Of a stretch of 64,000 nt of DNA, positions 58,801 through 64,000 are shown piece after piece. A program made the translations under genes and the position numbers. The notes beneath the pieces are model-generated. The model saw nothing but the letters and a program-made list of their open reading frames with translations, searched no databases and was not told the origin of the DNA. Numbering within the stretch: the stretch's first letter is position 1; each line of letters starts with the position of its first letter. The DNA is taken from positions 608,001 to 672,000 of the forward strand of contig OZ271854.1 in assembly GCA_965601925.1 (NCBI GenBank), in the 5' to 3' direction. The DNA is from Alkalispirochaeta sp. (lineage in GTDB: Bacteria > Spirochaetota > Spirochaetia > DSM-27196 > Alkalispirochaetaceae).

Positions 58801-58940
58801 AACCCCTCCCCGACCGGTTCGACCGCTCCTCCGTTATCGAAAACTTTCGAAACGGCGAGGCGTTGATCCTCGTTCGGAGCGTCGACGGCGCGGGTCACGA
58901 CCCCGACGTGGTCTCGGACGATCGGGATATCGTCGATTGA
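55845..58940 (+). CDS. gghA: Glucosylglycerol hydrolase-like glycoside hydrolase
   Basis: RDPLAASLPFGIYAPAE, NWGYD, NMYG, RVDGAQDF, EDGRPWP, GNSNHD, ANMEG; motifs recalled from cyanobacterial GghA. Confidence 0.75.
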   Translation: MNNTDSPALNRAMTEELVVAVKRVITSEDHRRRARTLAKMVLGARPTGRDGAFARVRFGIWMPGIADGKLADRLEDIRLEIFRFADPFDFAELPSGTSVSKEAYVAAVRLEAVGDYLVGEVDGVVAGDRTTLGDLYWLRYDDGERRHIIRDPLAASLPFGIYAPAEVFDVTTMLAGRRDMEYFRTHNARQFSDGTYRAHDVGMHLEIHTETATSERTFAALTERYRRIGESIQEALDAGEEPYARLSPADRMFVGFDSVELTPEVPPAEREGVAERSGEFFRISDGVDTAPSDAEAGAITIALSRPDISNWGYDTPILGSAAVNPSVLRTVRPNEFLEFVETLHTMPYRPIQLCIDSVLGHCDFQGARLLQTFERVSTDHDDLQHVNSAYLRGANMYGRDIDFGRPEVQALLLELLERKLAYGFDAVRVDGAQDFVADRDPVSGMRIQNDAFLNEMANIVVDINGIRRRPDFNLEDGRPWPDDINWLYNSKYLDHTIERTLPFGDRVKQWSPIIFAHNVHGKFKWFFSKWDRFVEVFRYGAHWITGNSNHDNARYFYRMTKMTPASEYRTGDAFENYYNDELGATMREVAHNALDHGALTALTLGFLPGHPMFMLNVLFHTPWTFMRDIDRTYDVKIAAEEGSRYFTWYVDETLYRKEGFYTRLKALGFTTVRSLVAPPAEKARHPGFADRLDQLRSEVKTEALAARYLFDDPEEGGGYGDALALEHALERLRAAGETNAHWSAMACRIAGDPRASEHRVAAARALFDKSLTWLMRRIPRVGAARAAVLTRMVEKLKVLASCSDRELALLIEDADCIDDYNPARWSTDAELVREAPRAMRDDRDMIASGMLSKYARAFMLDARDAATITAFEDDVDDAGSAYRLALRAFRSRHRWLAANPSNDVRRDYFARKLLPNGAKDTGDWGDTGDIVNCNTIYYGWRTSPDNREQVFAIANMEGSPVDVCPLSLFMNFSGEWTVAIASPSMKPLPDRFDRSSVIENFRNGEALILVRSVDGAGHDPDVVSDDRDIVD

Positions 58941-59209
58941 TGAGTAGTCAAGCCCTCTAACGTTTTTCTGCTTGGTCGGTATTACCGCGGGCGCCGACAC
59001 CTTTGTGTCTATTCCGGTCGATCTCGATCCTGCTGCGCCGGAGAAGTCGAGCGGCAGGCGGCGCCTGCGTTCCGTCGAGAGCCCGGGGTATCGCTTCGTA
59101 GAGACGCAGCGCTCTATGGTGCGTTTGGAAGGGGCGATACCGTTCGCCCTCGGCCTATCATTCGATACGACTGACCGGCGACTCCGCCGACGAAATCGCG
59201 AGATTTAGC

Positions 59210-59269
59210 TTGACAAGTCACCGGTAAGTGACATATCGTACAAATCAAGAAGTCACCACTTAGTGACAT
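59210..59269 (+). promoter_or_regulatory. Promoter with two TetR-type operators
   Basis: TTGACA at 59210; GTCAC-N6-GTGAC at 59217-59232 and 59252-59267. Confidence 0.75.
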
Positions 59270-59282
59270 TACAGGAGTACGC

Positions 59283-59906
59283 ATGAAGGATAGATCGGCG
59301 ACGAAGGAACGAATACTGGAAACCGTAGGGCGGATGCTCGCGCGGGGCCGGTTCCGGGACATCGGGATCAACGCCGTGGCTCGCGAGGCGGGAGTAGACA
59401 AGGTGTTAATCTACCGCTACTTCGGCGGACTGAGCGAGCTGCTGGACGCCTATGCCGAGTCAACGACCTTTTGGCCGAGTTCGGAGGAGCTTCTGCAGGG
59501 GGCGTCGACGGAGCCGTCCGACGCCGATGAGGCCGCGGGCCTTACCATCACCGTGCTCCGCAACCATTTGCGGCGGCTGCGGCGGCTGGCGGTAACCCAG
59601 GACATCATGCGGATGGAGCTGATCGAACGAAACGAGCTCACCGACAAGCTGGCCCACGCTCGGGAGGAGCAAGGGTTGCAGTTGTTGCAACGGATGGGGA
59701 AGGCCGTGGATGAGGAATGGGACGTGGCGGCGTTCGGCGCGCTGCTCCACGCGGGAATCAGCTATCTGATCCTGCGCTCGGGAACGGCATCGAATTACAT
59801 GGGTGTCGATCTCGGCTCCGAAGCCGGATGGAAGCGGCTGGAGGCGGCGATCGAGCCCGCGGTTAGGGGGTACTGGAAATGGAAAAGAGAAGACGTCGAC
59901 GAATAA
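59283..59906 (+). CDS. TetR/AcrR family transcriptional regulator
   Basis: GINAVAREAGVDKVLIYRYFGG. Confidence 0.9.
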   Translation: MKDRSATKERILETVGRMLARGRFRDIGINAVAREAGVDKVLIYRYFGGLSELLDAYAESTTFWPSSEELLQGASTEPSDADEAAGLTITVLRNHLRRLRRLAVTQDIMRMELIERNELTDKLAHAREEQGLQLLQRMGKAVDEEWDVAAFGALLHAGISYLILRSGTASNYMGVDLGSEAGWKRLEAAIEPAVRGYWKWKREDVDE

Positions 59907-60490
59907 CACTCGTGGTAGTTTGGATCGCGCTGGTGATACCTGTGCAGCCGTTCGCTCAGGATAGCGAATCTCGCGGTCCAGAGCCGCGGATCTCTGAGGC
60001 TGTGGGTTTCACCTTCGACCTACTCCCTCCGGTCATGAGTGCAGCTGCGGGCGAGATCGGTCTATCGGGTCAAGCGTGGTACGCCCGGGAGCATGTGCGG
60101 TTTCGCCTCGTGGGCGCCGGACTCCGCTTTCCCGACGCCGTGTTGGGAACCGATGATTTCCGTTCCTACCGCACAAACGTCATGGCGCTGATCACCGATT
60201 ACACCTTTGGCAAACGGCACAACGGACCGTGGATCGGTGCCGGTCTGGAACTTTGGATGAGCACGATCGAACACGAGGCGACCGGCGTCGAGACGAGCTG
60301 GAACAGCTTGGTCGCAACGGTGGGCGGTGGCTACATCTGGCGGCTTCATCCCCGCCTCTACCTGGAACCGTGGGGAGCCCTCCATGTGGCCACGAGGTCC
60401 GAAACGGTAGAGATCGGGAGCGATCGGTTTGAGCCGAGACGGGTGAGCGGTGAAGTCTCACTCAAAGTCGGATGGATCTACGATTTCTGA
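59879..60490 (+). CDS. Small outer membrane beta-barrel protein
   Basis: Signal peptide, amphipathic strands, C-terminal VGWIYDF. Confidence 0.7.
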   Translation: MEKRRRRRITLVVVWIALVIPVQPFAQDSESRGPEPRISEAVGFTFDLLPPVMSAAAGEIGLSGQAWYAREHVRFRLVGAGLRFPDAVLGTDDFRSYRTNVMALITDYTFGKRHNGPWIGAGLELWMSTIEHEATGVETSWNSLVATVGGGYIWRLHPRLYLEPWGALHVATRSETVEIGSDRFEPRRVSGEVSLKVGWIYDF

Positions 60491-60509
60491 TATGAGAAGG
60501 AGAGACGAG

Positions 60510-61295
60510 ATGAAAATGAAACGCATATACCTCGGCGCGGCCCTTGTGGCTCTCTCGGCCGCGGCGGCTTGGGCGGGCGGATCAAAAGAAGAAACGGTTC
60601 GGACCGGAAGCCACGGTGGAGACACTCTTGTCCTCCGAGTGACCCCGGGGGAGCACTACCTTCACGATCTGAAGGTTTCCTGGTGGCTTACCGTACGTAA
60701 CGCACCGCAAATGGCGGTTTGGATGGAGACGCTCGAGGGCGAGTACATTCGCACGCTCTACGTCACCGACCGCGCCGCAACGCAAAACTGGCGGGCGGCC
60801 CCACTGGATGGTGTGGCGGCTGGAGATATCCGCCGGCCGTCTGCACTCCCCGTCTGGCGGCATCGCGCACGCCTCGCCGGCGACGCGACGGTGGAGTCTT
60901 CAGACCCCTTCGAGACCCCGAGCATCGACATCGATGCGGTATCCGCCGCCACGACGAAGAGGGCGCTCATCCTACACGCAACCATGGACCTGCCAGCCGG
61001 CCCCTGTGTCGTTATGCTCGAAGTCAATAGCTCCACCGACTTTAACGATGCGTATCCGCAAGACGTCGAACCGGGGGCCTCCGGCTACTCCGGCGGCCCC
61101 TGGGGAAGCGGACAACCCGCCCTTATTTACGCGGCCGTCGTGGAACCGGTAGCCGCAGGGGCTGTCGAGCTGGAACTCATAGGCCACTCGAGCCCCGATG
61201 GATCGGACGGCGACGTTCGGTCGGGTGTCGCCGACGTAACCACGGCGACGAGTATCCTCGAACGGGTGACGATTGAGGTTGTGGCCGGAACGTGA
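60510..61295 (+). CDS. DUF2271-like exported protein
   Basis: Signal peptide then AGGSKE; PQMAVWME..G.YIRTLYVT, LPVW, DAVSAAT, GQPALIY. Confidence 0.75.
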   Translation: MKMKRIYLGAALVALSAAAAWAGGSKEETVRTGSHGGDTLVLRVTPGEHYLHDLKVSWWLTVRNAPQMAVWMETLEGEYIRTLYVTDRAATQNWRAAPLDGVAAGDIRRPSALPVWRHRARLAGDATVESSDPFETPSIDIDAVSAATTKRALILHATMDLPAGPCVVMLEVNSSTDFNDAYPQDVEPGASGYSGGPWGSGQPALIYAAVVEPVAAGAVELELIGHSSPDGSDGDVRSGVADVTTATSILERVTIEVVAGT

Positions 61296-61371
61296 TCAGA
61301 GTCCATTAGCATGTCGGCGGGACAATCGCTTTCGGCAGAGATACTCCGGAGAAGAGTAGCGACATCTTCCG

Positions 61372-61725
61372 TTAGCTGCGGCGACGTGCCGTTCCTGATG
61401 CCGAGCCGGAAACGATACCGCGCCGGGTCGGCTCATCGGATCTCGGCACGTGGATTGTGCCGTCGCTCTTGAGAACTCGGTACGTCTCCTCGGAAACTAC
61501 TATTCTGCCCGGCGCATCACGTTTCCGGGGCGCGACGTCGGTTTTGCCGTTCGTTAACCGTCCGGGACCACTCGTGTCGCCGCCTTGCACGATGCGTGCC
61601 GTATGTCGTCGTCGAGGGCGGTTGTTGTGTATGCGTGCTCGGACCGTCAGCGACAGAGCTATCAACGCGAGGGATGCAATGAGTAACTCCGGCCGAACTA
61701 TCACCCGAAGAATCGTCCTCACCAC
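61372..61725 (-). CDS. Hypothetical protein with N-terminal TM
   Basis: One hydrophobic helix; no family recognised. Confidence 0.35.
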   Translation of the reverse strand: MVRTILRVIVRPELLIASLALIALSLTVRARIHNNRPRRRHTARIVQGGDTSGPGRLTNGKTDVAPRKRDAPGRIVVSEETYRVLKSDGTIHVPRSDEPTRRGIVSGSASGTARRRS

Positions 61726-62062
61726 CGTGGGGAGAGGTTACAAGAAATGTACTCCGGTCGCAACGGATCAACCTCTTCCCGGTCGGGGGCGCGGGGATCA
61801 ACGTCCGGCGGCACAGGGCCGGTACGACGAAGCACCTCTCAACGAGCTCGAAGAACGGCGAAAGTCGCGGCGCGCTACCGTTGTCCATTTGAGAACTGAT
61901 ACACGATTGAAAGGGGCGAATTTCGGGCTGTAGGAGGGCCAAGCGGCCGAACCACGCACCGGCGGGAAGACTACCCTCGGTACGAGGCGGATTCGATTTC
62001 ATACCGGCGCCGCCGGGAGACGCGTTCTTGACCATCGGCCTCTCTCGCCGTACAACGGAATG

Positions 62063-62629
62063 ATGGAATCACGCACACACGTTGCCACGATCGGTATCGT
62101 GACGGTGTCCGATCGCGCCTCCCGGGACGAGTACGGGGATCGGAGCGGTCCCGCGATCGAGCAGTGGCTGGAGCACACATTGGCGACACCGTGGCGGCGG
62201 GAGTATCGCCTGGTGAGCGACGATCAAACCCTTATCGAAGGAGTACTTACGGAGTTAATCGACGAGAAGGGGTGCTCGCTGGTACTGACCACCGGAGGGA
62301 CCGGCCCCGCACCGCGCGATGTGACGCCCGAGGCGGTGCGGTCGGTTTGTACGCGTATGCTCCCCGGCTTCGGCGAACAGATGCGTCGCGCGTCACTCGA
62401 GTCGGTTCCCACGGCGATTCTTTCCCGACAGGAGGCCGGTGTGCGCGATGCGTGTCTGATCATCTCCCTACCGGGGCATCCCGCGGCGATCGCGGAGTGC
62501 CTGGACGCCGTATTCGCCGCAGTGCCGTACGCGATAGACCTCGTCGGCGGAGCGTGGATCGATACCAAACGCGAGCGTATCGTATCCTTTCGTCCGGCCC
62601 ACGCGCGACGGCCGGAAGCGGCTGATTGA
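62063..62629 (+). CDS. mog: Molybdopterin adenylyltransferase
   Basis: TVSDRAS, TTGGTGPAPRDVTPEA, GFGEQMR, ILSRQ. Confidence 0.93.
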   Translation: MESRTHVATIGIVTVSDRASRDEYGDRSGPAIEQWLEHTLATPWRREYRLVSDDQTLIEGVLTELIDEKGCSLVLTTGGTGPAPRDVTPEAVRSVCTRMLPGFGEQMRRASLESVPTAILSRQEAGVRDACLIISLPGHPAAIAECLDAVFAAVPYAIDLVGGAWIDTKRERIVSFRPAHARRPEAAD

Positions 62630-62664
62630 CACCGGCGCGGTGAGGTAGCGTGCCGTCGGCGCTT

Positions 62665-63120
62665 CTACCGATTGACCTTCCATCGGTGTGTGTCGCCGTC
62701 GAGGATCTCCTTTCCGTAGATCGGCACGTCGCGCTTGATCTCTTCCAGAATCTCCTCGCAGAGACGAAACGCCTCTTTCCGATGGCCGGTACCGACGACG
62801 ATGACGATCGGGCACTCGCCTACCTCTACGCGGCCCAGGGCGTGTTCTACGTGTACTCGGAGGAATCCGCCTCCGACGGAGCCCGCACGATTCCGTACGA
62901 TCTCCCTCATGCGCTCCTCGGCCATCTCACGGTGGGCGGAAAACTCGATCGCCGCGACCGACCCGTCCGGCGTCGCATCACGCCGTACGACACCTGAAAA
63001 CGTCACGACGGCTCCGATCCTCCCGTCGCTCGCAAACACTGTGCTCACCGCCGCCGGGCGGGCGGCGTCCAGCGGCCCGTCGTGCACCATCTCGTCGGGT
63101 TCGATTACTACGTTGCTCAT
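62665..63120 (-). CDS. moaE: Molybdopterin synthase catalytic subunit
   Basis: GAVVTFSGVVR, H.LG, HRKEAF, K..VPIYGKE. Confidence 0.92.
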   Translation of the reverse strand: MSNVVIEPDEMVHDGPLDAARPAAVSTVFASDGRIGAVVTFSGVVRRDATPDGSVAAIEFSAHREMAEERMREIVRNRAGSVGGGFLRVHVEHALGRVEVGECPIVIVVGTGHRKEAFRLCEEILEEIKRDVPIYGKEILDGDTHRWKVNR

Positions 63121-63148
63121 AAGGACTCCTGAATGTGTACCGCGCGCG

Positions 63149-63385
63149 TCATCCGCCGGAAAAGGGCGGCAACAGCGAAATCTCGGCGGCGTGTTCGACA
63201 GAGCCGCCGGCAGAAATCATGGTGCGATCCACGGCGATTTGAAAGGTGCGATTCCCGAGCGCCGGCAGATGAGAGCGCAGCTCGGCCTCCAGATTCTCCT
63301 TTGACGCGGGTAGCGACACCTCGACATCGAGTGAGGTGGGAAACAGATCGGTGAGGGGGCCGAAAAAACGCACCGTTACCGTCAT
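63149..63385 (-). CDS. moaD: Molybdopterin synthase sulfur carrier subunit
   Basis: 78 aa; VRFFG...LLPPFSGG C-terminus. Confidence 0.9.
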   Translation of the reverse strand: MTVTVRFFGPLTDLFPTSLDVEVSLPASKENLEAELRSHLPALGNRTFQIAVDRTMISAGGSVEHAAEISLLPPFSGG

Positions 63386-64000
63386 GCGAGCTCCACCCGA
63401 TCGGTTCGCATCGTTTTTCCATCGTAGAGCAGCAGCGACGAGCAGAGCGGCGTCTCGTGCGGGTCCGCACACCAGTGCAAAAACTCGCCGGTCTGAAAAG
63501 CGGCGACCGCCGCAACGGTGTGAACCAAAATGGGCTTGGGCCCCCCCGGTATCTCGGCGTACTCGGGTCCGAACACGCGCGCATATCCACCGCGGCCCGG
63601 CAACAGCGTCGTCACCTGGCCGTACCACCCCTCTACGCCGCCATGAAAAACGGGGCACCCGATGCGATGATGAAGCGCGTCGAGCCCCTCGCGGGCGGCA
63701 AAGGAGTCGAGGCAATCGAAGACCACCACCTCCGATCGATCGGCGTCGCCCAACGGGACTCCTGCGGCGTCGACCGGTACGGCGTCTTGAACGGCCGTTA
63801 CGTCCAACTGAGGATTGATTGCACGCAGGCGCTCGGCCGCGGCGAGCACTTTGGGGCGTCCCACGTCACCCTCGGCATACAAAACCTGCCGATTGAGATC
63901 GGGCTCGTCCAGGAGGGCGGGGTCCCATATCTCGATGTGCAGCGCCCCCAACCTCGATAACACCTGGAGTACGTGAGACCCGAGCCCCCCCGCACCGGCA
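63382..64000 (-). CDS. moeB: HesA/MoeB/ThiF family adenylyltransferase (5' end outside the window)
   Basis: GAGGLG, DLNRQ, DCLDS; upstream of moaD-moaE. Confidence 0.82.
   Translation of the reverse strand, partial: AGAGGLGSHVLQVLSRLGALHIEIWDPALLDEPDLNRQVLYAEGDVGRPKVLAAAERLRAINPQLDVTAVQDAVPVDAAGVPLGDADRSEVVVFDCLDSFAAREGLDALHHRIGCPVFHGGVEGWYGQVTTLLPGRGGYARVFGPEYAEIPGGPKPILVHTVAAVAAFQTGEFLHWCADPHETPLCSSLLLYDGKTMRTDRVELA

Noticed and set aside
61725..62060. Possible Moco riboswitch or tRNA-like sequence upstream of mog
   Set aside because: No recognisable Moco motif or cloverleaf; a promoter immediately before the ATG explains mog expression.
1..64000. CRISPR arrays, IS elements, prophage, rRNA/tRNA
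   Set aside because: No regularly spaced repeats, transposase/integrase motifs or structural RNA signatures found by reading; a tRNAscan/Infernal run would be needed to exclude small RNAs.

Overview
GC-rich bacterial chromosomal segment with about 63 genes. It is most consistent with a free-living, probably halophilic spirochaete: it carries a CheX-like gene, 'AGGxxE'-type signal peptides, a very acidic porin and a glucosylglycerol hydrolase-like gene. I saw no rRNA, tRNA, CRISPR array, integrase or transposase. Left part: cheX-like gene, TrmB regulator, a TolC-MFP-RND efflux operon ending in an OmpR-type two-component system, an acidic porin, two MipA/OmpV paralogues, a lipoprotein haloalkane-dehalogenase-like hydrolase, a membrane AraC regulator and a membrane-inserted serine hydrolase. 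Middle: crtZ, small hydrolases and oxidoreductases, a PAS-PAS-PTS Enzyme I-like operon, msrA, an NlpC/P60-MORN fusion, icd, a membrane sensor fused to a Schlafen/AlbA_2 domain, ada and add. Right part: SigZ-like ECF sigma and arsM sharing a promoter motif, a taurine/sulfonate-type ABC transporter, small regulator-enzyme pairs, the gghA-like gene and molybdopterin genes. Best candidates for undescribed systems: (1) the PAS-PAS-EI operon, (2) the 2TM sensor-Schlafen fusion, (3) a MipA/TCS/RND regulon linked by a shared promoter box, (4) a Cys-tailed ECF sigma that appears to drive arsM. All family calls come from motif recognition by eye; no database searches were run.
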